A DNA stretch of 64,000 bases, from positions 1 to 64,000 of the IMG/VR virus record IMGVR_UViG_3300025608_000013; one strand, written 5' to 3'. How positions within the stretch are numbered: position 1 is the first letter of the stretch; each line of letters starts with the position of its first letter. Of the stretch, positions 20,016 to 29,417 are shown one piece after another. The DNA comes from a virus (taxonomy: Duplodnaviria; Caudoviricetes). The notes under the pieces are model-generated. The model was not told the origin of the DNA, did not search any database, and was given only the letters and a program-made list of their open reading frames with translations. The position numbers and the translations under genes were made by a program.

Positions 20016-21186
20016 GCAAATCGTTTGCTAATCTGCTAGGCTCTGGCATGCTATTCAGTACTTTATATGTTTGATAGTTGTGCATAAGAATAGGCATCAA
20101 TTTTTCATAAACTGATTTCATTTCATTCATGTTTAAAGAATTTAATTTATCAATTTCTTTCCAACACATTTCAAGACGTTTTTGGTCGTCTAATTCTTTA
20201 TCATAACTTTCGTCTATAATATTTCCAAATGTAATAAATCCCATATCATGTAATAGATCTAGTGTTCCTGGCAATCCAATTACAACAAATGGATGTCCGT
20301 ATAAAAAACATTTAAGTACTTTTTCTGTAAACATTTGACGAGAATTACTTCGAGCAAAATCGCCTTCAGTAATAATACTAAAGTAACTTTGGTTAAAATA
20401 GTTTTCTAAATTTGGCATGTTTACTTTTACAGAATGATGTAAATTTTCAGTTACATCTAATTCTAAAGGAAGACATTTTAAACGTTCTTTTTGATCTTGT
20501 TCTAGCACTAGATTATTTAGATCAGGATCTAAAAACTTTCGCATATTCTTGTCACCTTCGCTTAACTTTACAGTATTATCGTCGTGTACTAGTGCAGCAT
20601 ACTCTCCTAGCATACAACTTAAAAATGTATGCTTTGCTATATCGTGTTTTAATAGATAGTCAACAGTTAGAATTCTATGTAATCGTTCTTGTCTATTTAA
20701 ACACAAAAACTTTTTATTTCTTAGTTGTGTATTAACTAAAAAATTATGTTCTTGAACATTTAAATTATCATATTCGGACAAGTGTACATGAATGTTAAAA
20801 TAAAGATAATTATTACTATTACCAAAAACATGTTTGCAAATATTTTTCATTTTAGCGTTGCTACTAAGAATTCTCCAGTGTTTAATACTAGGACAATGTT
20901 CTAGTGTATTTTTAAACATCTGCATAAATTCTTCGTTTGCTAAACCTTCATAACTGTCATCTAAAATTAAAAATAGATCAGTATTAGCAAATCTTTCTAA
21001 CATGCTTGGCATTTGACTAAGCATATATTCGTTATTACCTACAAATTCAAAGAAAAGGATCATCTGAGGTTGTACTATAAAACTTTCTTGATCTACAGTA
21101 AATCTCAATATGTCTTCGTACTTCTGATTCAATACTTCGTAAGTTCTTGCACCACCTTGAAGAAATGCTGTAGGTATATTAATCAT
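19993..21186 (-). CDS. Glycosyltransferase-like protein (GT10-like C-terminal motif)
   Basis: KFLCLNR..R.HR, YFSIITE, FTEKVLKC...HPFVVIG...L..GF.TF..IDESYD. Confidence 0.5.
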   Translation of the reverse strand: MINIPTAFLQGGARTYEVLNQKYEDILRFTVDQESFIVQPQMILFFEFVGNNEYMLSQMPSMLERFANTDLFLILDDSYEGLANEEFMQMFKNTLEHCPSIKHWRILSSNAKMKNICKHVFGNSNNYLYFNIHVHLSEYDNLNVQEHNFLVNTQLRNKKFLCLNRQERLHRILTVDYLLKHDIAKHTFLSCMLGEYAALVHDDNTVKLSEGDKNMRKFLDPDLNNLVLEQDQKERLKCLPLELDVTENLHHSVKVNMPNLENYFNQSYFSIITEGDFARSNSRQMFTEKVLKCFLYGHPFVVIGLPGTLDLLHDMGFITFGNIIDESYDKELDDQKRLEMCWKEIDKLNSLNMNEMKSVYEKLMPILMHNYQTYKVLNSMPEPSRLANDLLSWYQGD

Positions 21187-22055
21187 AGCTTTTCCATCTT
21201 GTGTTTGATAAGTGCTTCGGGCTGAGGCTTTCTATCTGGATTAGCAGGACACATTGCACATATAGCATGCGGTTGTCTAATGTTATCAATAAACTCGTTT
21301 AATTGTTGTTCTGTACAATCTAATCCTAGTCCGCTGTACTCTAAATAAGGAGCCCAATCCGGATCGTCTAACTGTAAACTTTTAGTTAGATGTGTTTTAA
21401 CCATGCTAATAGGAGGGCATTTATATAACCTATTTTTATATATAATAGGATAAACGTTAGCACTGCAATTAGCATAACTTCTTGCAGGATCGTTATCAGT
21501 CCACGGCTTTAACACTCCGTTTACTGTTTGTCTATAATCATACCAATCGCCTTGAGTAGGATCAGTAGTCTCAAATACAATATCTTTGTATTGCCATGTG
21601 TTTGGTCCTGTTTGATACCACGGATATTGTTTAAAAATATACTTTTTGATATTTCTATCAATAATAGACCTTACTTGCGGATCTCGATTATGATAAGTTA
21701 AACTAATCTTAGCATTTCCTATTTCTAGTAATTGTTCTATTAGTTTAGGACGCTTAGGAAATAGTAATCCGTTTGTATAAATTTCTATGCAAGCATGATC
21801 AAAATGAGTTCTTGTGGTATTGATAATGTCACTGATATACGGATGCAATAAGGGCTCACCGCCTATTAATGTTAAATTGTCAGGGTCAAGATGCTTACTC
21901 CATGCTTCCATATTTTGAGTAATATCGTCGAACGATTCTGTCCAGTTATGATTATAGTCAATGAAACGATCACACCCCGGGCAAGCTAAGTCGCACGAGG
22001 TGGTAATCATCCATTCAAGGAAAGGTAGCCAGTGTCCTCTGTCACCGTCACGCAT
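21183..22055 (-). CDS. Radical SAM protein
   Basis: CDLACPGC, GGEPLLHP, YTNG; C-terminal C..KCP..CAMC. Confidence 0.85.
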   Translation of the reverse strand: MRDGDRGHWLPFLEWMITTSCDLACPGCDRFIDYNHNWTESFDDITQNMEAWSKHLDPDNLTLIGGEPLLHPYISDIINTTRTHFDHACIEIYTNGLLFPKRPKLIEQLLEIGNAKISLTYHNRDPQVRSIIDRNIKKYIFKQYPWYQTGPNTWQYKDIVFETTDPTQGDWYDYRQTVNGVLKPWTDNDPARSYANCSANVYPIIYKNRLYKCPPISMVKTHLTKSLQLDDPDWAPYLEYSGLGLDCTEQQLNEFIDNIRQPHAICAMCPANPDRKPQPEALIKHKMEKL

Positions 22056-23116
22056 TAGTTAAAGTAATCTTCTCTTGAACCTTTACGCTTAGTATCAAGT
22101 GTTACACAATGGAAGCCACCACTTAGTGTACGTGCTTGACGCATAGGTAATCCGATTGACTCAATGCCATGTTGATCTAATACTTTACGTAGTTCGTGCT
22201 GATTTTCGTCACAAATAACTAGTTCTTCGTTAACACTCATAAAGTTTAAACCAATGTACTTACTACAAGGGCTTACACCGTTTGCTAGGTTAGTACCAAT
22301 GTCGTGTACTTTGTCACCTGGGAAGAAAATCTTATCCCATGACTCAAAGATTGGCGGATACCAATCAGGAGTAATTCTGTCACCATTAAACAATACTAGT
22401 CCTGGACGTAGAGGAATAACAGTACTGTCAAAGTGCGAGTAGCTGTAGAATTTCTCTGCCAAGTGAATACGATAACCTAGTGGCTCAAGGATAGTTTTTA
22501 ACCACTGACCGCCTAGTAGTGTACCCGAGTTACTAACTTGATACAACAAGTCATTGCCAAGACGTACTACGTTAGGTGCATCGAATACAATCTCTTTGTT
22601 TACTAGCGTAGGAATACTCAAGTCTTCCAACTGATAACTTTCGTCAAGCAGTTTAGGACGTGGAGCACTAATCCATTGTGATCCGCCTTCCATTGCTTCA
22701 TACAAGAATTCTCTGTATGCTGTTGTTTCAAATTGACGAGCTCGCATAGCGCCAGGACAATCAATAATAAGATTATCCAATGGCAGCAACAAGTCTCTCG
22801 GACAATATGTATACCATCCTGTTGTTTTCCAATCAGGTGTACTAAACTCTTTCGAGTGGTCAATTGACTCTGGACGTCTTACTTTTACGCCTAAGTCTGA
22901 TAACACTTTTGCAAATCCGTCCAAGTCTTCGTTTGCTTCGTCAATTACCCACTGCGGGCTTGGTCCTTCTAAGTCTTTGATGTGTTCCCATTTGCAGTCT
23001 GCAAATCCAAAACTATGTGTTGATTTGTCTACAGTAGGAATACGAGCGTGGTCTGCAATTCCTACAAACACTTCCTCTAATGGATCCCAGTCGTTATGAC
23101 TACTTACTACTGTCAT
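22055..23116 (-). CDS. Amidinotransferase (glycine / inosamine-phosphate amidinotransferase family)
   Basis: SHNDWDPLEEVFVG, YCPRD, FDAPN, SHFDST, GGFHCVTLD (catalytic D/H/C). Confidence 0.88.
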   Translation of the reverse strand: MTVVSSHNDWDPLEEVFVGIADHARIPTVDKSTHSFGFADCKWEHIKDLEGPSPQWVIDEANEDLDGFAKVLSDLGVKVRRPESIDHSKEFSTPDWKTTGWYTYCPRDLLLPLDNLIIDCPGAMRARQFETTAYREFLYEAMEGGSQWISAPRPKLLDESYQLEDLSIPTLVNKEIVFDAPNVVRLGNDLLYQVSNSGTLLGGQWLKTILEPLGYRIHLAEKFYSYSHFDSTVIPLRPGLVLFNGDRITPDWYPPIFESWDKIFFPGDKVHDIGTNLANGVSPCSKYIGLNFMSVNEELVICDENQHELRKVLDQHGIESIGLPMRQARTLSGGFHCVTLDTKRKGSREDYFN

Positions 23117-23975
23117 TAATTTTCTCTCCTATTAATTCTGATATACAAACTCTGTTTACTTCGGTACCGCGATTATAGTCTGCAAATTCGTCGCCGCCTA
23201 AGCCAAACATAATACAATCTGTTTCTTTTAGATTATGTTCTTTACATACTTCTAAGTACATAGATTCATATGTGTTCCAGTTATGATCAACACTATAAGT
23301 GTCTATTAACCTACTAGCAATACTTAACGAAACACGGTTAACCATTTCAACAGAGTTGAAAACATCAATACCGTCGTCTGTTTCAAATCGTTCTAAACGC
23401 ATGCCTACACGTAAAAACTCTGCACCATAAAATGCTTTACTAATACTAAACGTAATAGTTGTTACACACAGATAATCATCTAAATTAATATCAATATTTT
23501 TAGTACAAGGATAGTATGCAAAGTCTAACAATACAGGAATGCCAAATTTTTCACACAAGTCTAGTGTTTCTAACATCTTAGGATGTGTAGTTCCGTAGTC
23601 ACTGAACGGCACACTAATAATAACTGCATCGCCTGGCATTACCGGAGTTTCGTCTGTGATATACTCACTCAATCCGCCGTGTTTTAGTACAGCACCGTGA
23701 TACATAAATTCGCCTTCAAAAAAACGAAAACGCAAATCTTTATGACGCCAATAAAAATGATCAAATGCTTGTGCTGTTCCTGAAACAAGTTTACGATTTA
23801 CAAACTCGTCTAAGCCTTGTACGCTATTAAGTTTACTAGACGTAATCCAGTTGTAAAATTTTTCTGTAAATTCTTGCTGAATAGTTTCATTATATAGATC
23901 AACACTAGGGTTTACTGACTCAATAAACTCTCTAATGTTGTTATCTACTACAGGTTTAGCACCCCGTAAATTCAT
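23100..23975 (-). CDS. PLP-dependent fold-type I enzyme (aminotransferase-like)
   Basis: PVLLDFAY and FSISKAF..RVG PLP-binding motifs. Confidence 0.65.
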   Translation of the reverse strand: MNLRGAKPVVDNNIREFIESVNPSVDLYNETIQQEFTEKFYNWITSSKLNSVQGLDEFVNRKLVSGTAQAFDHFYWRHKDLRFRFFEGEFMYHGAVLKHGGLSEYITDETPVMPGDAVIISVPFSDYGTTHPKMLETLDLCEKFGIPVLLDFAYYPCTKNIDINLDDYLCVTTITFSISKAFYGAEFLRVGMRLERFETDDGIDVFNSVEMVNRVSLSIASRLIDTYSVDHNWNTYESMYLEVCKEHNLKETDCIMFGLGGDEFADYNRGTEVNRVCISELIGEKINDSSK

Positions 23976-24474
23976 CTCTAACTCCGGTTACTTGCATTGT
24001 ATATTTTGTTGTTAGTCCCATGTTACCACTTAAATGAGGCTCATCACGTAGTATAATTATAGCATCACCACGCTTCCAATGCAAGACCGATTTTTCATTT
24101 ATTTCAAAATAATGTCCACTTTGCCAGTCTTCTAAAAAAATATTTACTCTGCAACATGCATACGGATCTACATCATTATTTTTAGCAAACTTATAAAAAG
24201 TATCTTCGTGACTGGGTAGTGTTTGTCCTGGTGCTTGTTTCATAATACTTACACTGTATCTAGGAAACAGTGTACGACAAAAGTTGTGTATTTCGTCGTC
24301 AAACTCAAAACACTGTAAGTACTTAGAATTTTCAGTAGTGTAGCCTGCTTTAAAGTAACGCATGTTTTGTTCTTCAAACTCGCTAGCACGACCTTCGATT
24401 GTTACATTATCATGCTCGACCCACGAATGAGTTTTATATTTAAAGTCGGGTAATTTTAGTGTTATTTTATCCAT
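23956..24474 (-). CDS. Cupin / 2OG-oxygenase-like protein
   Basis: QAPGQTLPSHED (HxD), distal PH, C-terminal YTMQVTG. Confidence 0.65.
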   Translation of the reverse strand: MDKITLKLPDFKYKTHSWVEHDNVTIEGRASEFEEQNMRYFKAGYTTENSKYLQCFEFDDEIHNFCRTLFPRYSVSIMKQAPGQTLPSHEDTFYKFAKNNDVDPYACCRVNIFLEDWQSGHYFEINEKSVLHWKRGDAIIILRDEPHLSGNMGLTTKYTMQVTGVRDEFTGC

Positions 24475-25214
24475 GGCTTATCGTAAGGTGCCTTTTCTTT
24501 TTCATCAAACCAGTACAAGCTACGATGTGGAGGAAACTTATCATCGTGTTGTGCATTGCTTACATAATAAAACAATCTAATATTTTTTCGACATGTACCG
24601 TCTGGATTCTTCATAGGTTCTGGATAGCCGTGATATGCTAAATTATTGTAACTCCAAACAACCATATTACCTGGACCTGGAACAACACGACTTAAAACTT
24701 TTTTACGGTCAGTGTCATAGAAGTCTAAGTTGCCGCCCCAGTTTTCATCCCATTCTTCATTTAAATAGATCACAACACTCAAGCGTCTGTGTAACCGCAA
24801 CTGATCATTCCAATTAAAGTCTGTATGTACTTTTAAGCTATCGCCGCTGTAAGCTTTAGAATAACCTGCGCCTACTAGATGCGGATCAGGAATTAAATCT
24901 ACTGTATCAGTTACTTCTTGTAACCATTTGATGAACGTAGCACTGTGTAATGTATGCACAACTTCGTCTTGCACAGGCGTGTTGTCAAGTTTGTTATACT
25001 CGTACATGCAACTATCTCGACGAGTAAACTTTTTACATTCGTCTAAAGGAATTGACTCTAGTTCTGCTGCTAGTGCTTGGACCACGCCTAGCGGCAATAG
25101 TTCTTTAACCTCAAGCTTAGAGTACCCAGGATGATTACGATACTCTTGCTGAAGCTCAAAGGTATTAGAGAATTCGTCCTTGATTCTCTCTAATATTTGT
25201 TTTTTATACTGCAT
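24462..25214 (-). CDS. 2OG-Fe(II) oxygenase
   Basis: LKVHTDFN, IYLN..W..WGGNL, YHGYP, R.NIRLFYY. Confidence 0.85.
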   Translation of the reverse strand: MQYKKQILERIKDEFSNTFELQQEYRNHPGYSKLEVKELLPLGVVQALAAELESIPLDECKKFTRRDSCMYEYNKLDNTPVQDEVVHTLHSATFIKWLQEVTDTVDLIPDPHLVGAGYSKAYSGDSLKVHTDFNWNDQLRLHRRLSVVIYLNEEWDENWGGNLDFYDTDRKKVLSRVVPGPGNMVVWSYNNLAYHGYPEPMKNPDGTCRKNIRLFYYVSNAQHDDKFPPHRSLYWFDEKEKAPYDKPWIK

Positions 25215-27007
25215 TAATTTTTAACCGTTATTAACTTTCCATATTCAGGTAAGAATAGATATTCTATGTCACTACTATACAACGTTCTAACTGCATCGTC
25301 AAGTGTTTCTACAAGAGGTTCGCCACCTAAATTAAAACTTGTATTAAAGATGATAGGAACACCTGACTGTTTATAAAATTCTTCAATAACAGCATAGTAG
25401 TGCGCATTGTGCTCTTGCTTAACTGTTTGAATTCGACAAGTGCCGTCTACGTGAATAATGCTAGGAATCTTTTCAGCAACACCTTCTTGACAATCCATTG
25501 CATACATCATATGTGGCGTTTCTTCTTTACCGCGCATATCAAACCATTCATGTGCATGTTCTGCTAGAATAGATCCTGCAAACGGACGGAAGTATTCACG
25601 GCGCTTAATACGGTTAACATGATCCTTGCCATCTTCAAAAGTTGGATCAAACATTAAACTTCTGTTACCTAATGCACGTGGTCCAGCTTCTGAACGTCCT
25701 TGGAACATTGCTACAATATTTTTATCACGCATAAGTTTTACGACTTCTTCTGTTGTAAACTCTTGTGAATGTGCGTCATACTTTTCAACTACGCTGTCAA
25801 TTTCTTCGTCAGTATAGTTGTATTGCGGACCTAAGTACAAGCTATCAGCATACGGTCTTACGTTCATATCTTTCATTAAAGAATGATAGTGCATATATGC
25901 TGCTCCAATACAAGTACCTGCATCCGAACTAATTGGTTCTACATACAGGTTAATGCCATGCTTGTTAAGTTCTTCTAAATACCAGTAGTTAGCAACACAG
26001 TTTAAACCGTAGCCGCCGGATACTACTACATTTTTATTTCCTGTACGTTCTACTGCTTCTAAAATAAGATCTAGTACACGTTGTTGCGACTCGCTTTGTA
26101 CAGCATAAGCTAAGTCTCTACGACTTTGTAGTTTTGTTAAATCACCGTTATAATCTTCTTTAGCTGTTTTTAAAACTTCATAACGATTTTCGTTTACTAC
26201 TGCTCCGTTTGGATATGTAGGAATAATTAAATTACGATTAGCAGTTACCCATTCGTTTCCGCCGTCGTCTGTGTATACAGGAGGAATACCATCATTAGGT
26301 TTACCGTAAGGAGCAAGACCCATTGTCTTACCTGCTTCAATTGGCTGCCATCCACAGTATTGTGTTACTGCTTCATATGCTTTAACAATACCAGCTGTGT
26401 CATCAATAATTAATTCGTGTGTACCAGGTTCACCTTCTCTTTCAGAGCTAACTTCCATTTTAGCACCCATCCAAGGACCGCGTCCACCTTGATGTTTTAC
26501 TAGAGTCTTAAAGTTAGCTGGATATTCACAACTGAAAATAGTCTCTAGTTCCCATGTCATTTCTTGTGATTCGCCAAACATCATAGGAATAAACGTGCCT
26601 GCGCCGTCAACAATAACCGCTGTAGCACTTTCAAATCCCGAGCGATAAAATGCACATGCTGCATGTAACTTGTGATGTACCCATGCATAGTCAATTACTT
26701 GTGGGTGTTCTCTGCCTTCGTACTTTTGATCAATAAGTCCTAGTTTACGTGCAAGTCCTGTATATACATCATCACCGCTAAAGTCAATCTTGCCAGCGGT
26801 TTCTTGTAAAGGCTGTGTATGTGCAATTACTAGATAATCTAGTTTATCAGTATAGTCAAGAATCTTAACCATGCCAGCTAACGGTCCGCCGTCATACTTC
26901 TGTCTTGACAGACGTTCTTCTTCTAGATGAAAAACTAGCTCGCCATCTTTAAGCAAGCATACTGCACCGTTGTGTCCTCGTGTAATACCTGCGATCCATT
27001 GTGCCAT
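25214..27007 (-). CDS. O-carbamoyltransferase, NodU/CmcH family
   Basis: EEERLSRQK, HHKLHA, VDGAG, GKTMGLAPYG, SGGYGLNCVAN, EAGPRALGNRS, KRREYFRPFA, HVDGTCRIQT, NTSFNLGGEP. Confidence 0.93.
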   Translation of the reverse strand: MAQWIAGITRGHNGAVCLLKDGELVFHLEEERLSRQKYDGGPLAGMVKILDYTDKLDYLVIAHTQPLQETAGKIDFSGDDVYTGLARKLGLIDQKYEGREHPQVIDYAWVHHKLHAACAFYRSGFESATAVIVDGAGTFIPMMFGESQEMTWELETIFSCEYPANFKTLVKHQGGRGPWMGAKMEVSSEREGEPGTHELIIDDTAGIVKAYEAVTQYCGWQPIEAGKTMGLAPYGKPNDGIPPVYTDDGGNEWVTANRNLIIPTYPNGAVVNENRYEVLKTAKEDYNGDLTKLQSRRDLAYAVQSESQQRVLDLILEAVERTGNKNVVVSGGYGLNCVANYWYLEELNKHGINLYVEPISSDAGTCIGAAYMHYHSLMKDMNVRPYADSLYLGPQYNYTDEEIDSVVEKYDAHSQEFTTEEVVKLMRDKNIVAMFQGRSEAGPRALGNRSLMFDPTFEDGKDHVNRIKRREYFRPFAGSILAEHAHEWFDMRGKEETPHMMYAMDCQEGVAEKIPSIIHVDGTCRIQTVKQEHNAHYYAVIEEFYKQSGVPIIFNTSFNLGGEPLVETLDDAVRTLYSSDIEYLFLPEYGKLITVKN

Positions 27008-27553
27008 TTAAAATTCTCCTATGTCGTATTCGAAATCTACTACAAATACTCTTCTTTTGTGTCTTGTAGGATATGTACCATGCCACATCCTTCCGTCCAT
27101 TATAACTAACGTTCCTGCTTCAGGCTTCCATTCTTCGTATGTAATAACATTATTGTTATTCATTACTCCGTACAAGTAACCTGCTTGTGGATGCTCTTGA
27201 TCTTCTACATAATCATCTAAGAACAACACACATGTAAATTGTCTTCCCGGTGTGTGACTGTGTAGTCCTGCATAACTATGTACAGGATAATCAACCCACC
27301 AACTTTTTGCATGTCTAATATTTTCGATTGGTAAACTTGTAACATGTTTTTTTAAATATTCTATATACTTGTATTCACTATCTATTATACTAGGATATTC
27401 ATAATTTTGCAAGTAAAAAACATTCGAATCCCCGCTATCTCTATGTGATTCTGATTCTAAATCAAATAGTTTATGGAATTTTTTATAGTCGTTATATTCG
27501 CTAGTATTATACCATAACGGCAAAAGACTGTGAACATAATCGTCATAATCCAT
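27008..27553 (-). CDS. 2OG-Fe(II) oxygenase-like protein
   Basis: HSH...FTCVLFL...WHGTYP..RRVFV. Confidence 0.65.
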   Translation of the reverse strand: MDYDDYVHSLLPLWYNTSEYNDYKKFHKLFDLESESHRDSGDSNVFYLQNYEYPSIIDSEYKYIEYLKKHVTSLPIENIRHAKSWWVDYPVHSYAGLHSHTPGRQFTCVLFLDDYVEDQEHPQAGYLYGVMNNNNVITYEEWKPEAGTLVIMDGRMWHGTYPTRHKRRVFVVDFEYDIGEF

Positions 27554-28605
27554 TAACTGCCTGTCCTATTTAAAATTTGTGCCGGCTGTGTTTGATCCAT
27601 GCTATGATCATGTCCGCAGCTATTTTGTGGCATTTCAATAGGTGTATATGTTCCTGTAAACTTAACACTCTTACCTAATCTTTTCTTAATACTAGCAATA
27701 ACTGTTTGCTTTTCTTCATCAGTCATTTCCATAACTTCGTCGTTTACGCGATCTTGCCAATCTTCCATTGTAGTACGAATTGGACTGTATATACGCTCGC
27801 CTTCACCTAAGTCAATAATGTCAAAGTCTGGATCGTTTGGATAACTGATGTTAATTGGGAATGTACTACCTGTTACAACAGTAGCAGTTTTACCCAATGC
27901 TTTAGCAAGGTGTTGTCCTAAGCTGTCGCAACCTACAAAGTGATCTGCAATCTCAATAACGCCTGCCCAAATACGTGCATCTGGAATTTGCGGCATTGCT
28001 ACTGGAGTTTTACTAGTATCGTTGTCGTCTAAAGCGATTGGAAATTCGCTCATTAGCATTACAGCATATTCTTTTTTAATTTCGTTAATAATATCAATTA
28101 CATCATTTAAGTGAAAGCTTCTACTAGTTGGATCAATAATGAATTCGCCCATGTTTTGTGTGCTACGACCAAATGGCTGTAGTACAACTACTTTGTCAAA
28201 ACCAGTTTTTGCTTTAACTTCTTGTACTACATTATATGCTTGTACAATTTCTTGCTTATTAAGGAAAACTTTAGGATCACTTACTGATCGTAAACCTTTG
28301 TTGTTAATAGCAATGTCAAATGCTTGTGCTAGACTTGCTTGTTGATTATAGTATTCCCAAACTCTATAAGGTTCTGGGCTTATACAATTGCGATCTTTAA
28401 TGTAGTCTTGGAATAAGTTTTTATGCCAAACATCGTATGCACGTTCATGTAGTACAGGATGACCTTTATAAAAGTCCATGCCGCCTTCGCATACAATAAT
28501 AAAATCGTCGTCGGGATTTTCTTCGTGGAATTTTTCAAATGCCGGAATTGAGCAGATTACTCTTCCTGCTCCACCGTTGATAAAAAATGCTGTGCTTCTA
28601 GACAA
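27553..28605 (-). CDS. GT-B glycosyltransferase, GT9 (ADP-heptose transferase)-like
   Basis: FVGCDSLGQHLAKALGK resembles the GT9 DSGxxHxAxA motif; N-terminal GGAGRV..SIP. TTG start at 28605 preferred because GGAGG lies 8 nt upstream (track start 28620). Confidence 0.65.
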   Translation of the reverse strand: MSRSTAFFINGGAGRVICSIPAFEKFHEENPDDDFIIVCEGGMDFYKGHPVLHERAYDVWHKNLFQDYIKDRNCISPEPYRVWEYYNQQASLAQAFDIAINNKGLRSVSDPKVFLNKQEIVQAYNVVQEVKAKTGFDKVVVLQPFGRSTQNMGEFIIDPTSRSFHLNDVIDIINEIKKEYAVMLMSEFPIALDDNDTSKTPVAMPQIPDARIWAGVIEIADHFVGCDSLGQHLAKALGKTATVVTGSTFPINISYPNDPDFDIIDLGEGERIYSPIRTTMEDWQDRVNDEVMEMTDEEKQTVIASIKKRLGKSVKFTGTYTPIEMPQNSCGHDHSMDQTQPAQILNRTGS

Positions 28606-28608
28606 AAA

Positions 28609-28651
28609 AACGTCCTCCATAAAATATAAAAATACTTATATAGAGGACGTT
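28609..28651 (-). promoter_or_regulatory. RBS-sequestering hairpin containing late promoter TATAAGTA
   Basis: mRNA AACGUCCUCUAUA...UAUGGAGGACGUU, 13 bp including one G-U; TATAAGTA at 28640-28633. Confidence 0.7.
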
Positions 28652-28676
28652 ATATGTTGCTTGAGAAGTGGTTTAT

Positions 28677-29384
28677 TTAGTCTGCGTTAGGATCCATCGC
28701 ACCTTTGGTTTTCTTACCTGCTGGTGAGCCTGGAAGCATTTGTACTGCTAGACCTGGTTCAAACTCTGCGAGTGCTGTAGGAGCATCGCGTAGTAGCTGG
28801 CGGTAAGTTAGCCATTCCTGGCGCATTTCTTCTGGCATTCCGTCGTCAATTACACCATCTGCATCGTCTAATGCATCGTTGCGGAACTTACGGAAATCGT
28901 CCCATGTAAAGCTATCTGGTACACCATGCGAGTCATGATCTTTAATAGGAATGTTAAATTCGCCAGTATCAAAGTCATATACAATGTTAAATTCATCGTA
29001 AATATCACGTGGTTCAAAATCTTCAGTTCTTAAAGTTTGTGTATTTTCATAACCGTCTGGACTAATTCCACTGTCAATCCATTCGCGTGTCTCACGAAGT
29101 TGAAGGGCTTCTTCTTTACCGCAATCGTTTGCGATTTCACAAAGCAACGGTTGCTCTTTGCAGTCTACAGTAACACGTTGTACATCAAGTGCGCACGGAC
29201 GTTCTAGATCTTCGTCAGTCCATAAACACCATCCTGATTCTTTACCACTAACTTTATCAATCTCAAAAGTTAAAAACTCTGGACCTTCGTATGTCCAAGT
29301 TCCGGTATTTCCGTTATTAAACTCTGCACAACACCACTCATCTGGTATTGGGTAAGTAAATTCTTTTGTAATGTATGTTGCCAT
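28677..29384 (-). CDS. Tail fibre assembly chaperone (Tfa-like C-terminal domain)
   Basis: WDDFRKFRNDALDDAD...EWLTYRQLLRDAP; ATG 29384 follows GAGGAG. Confidence 0.7.
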   Translation of the reverse strand: MATYITKEFTYPIPDEWCCAEFNNGNTGTWTYEGPEFLTFEIDKVSGKESGWCLWTDEDLERPCALDVQRVTVDCKEQPLLCEIANDCGKEEALQLRETREWIDSGISPDGYENTQTLRTEDFEPRDIYDEFNIVYDFDTGEFNIPIKDHDSHGVPDSFTWDDFRKFRNDALDDADGVIDDGMPEEMRQEWLTYRQLLRDAPTALAEFEPGLAVQMLPGSPAGKKTKGAMDPNAD

Positions 29385-29417
29385 TTTATTTAAGCTCCTC
29401 AAACATATTTATCATTA

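Noticed and set aside
19993-28605. DNA hypermodification cluster
   Set aside because: Phage carbamoyltransferases can modify hydroxymethylcytosine, but no methyltransferase, TET/JBP, thymidylate-synthase-like or nucleotide kinase gene is nearby and the context is late/structural. Not excluded, but less supported
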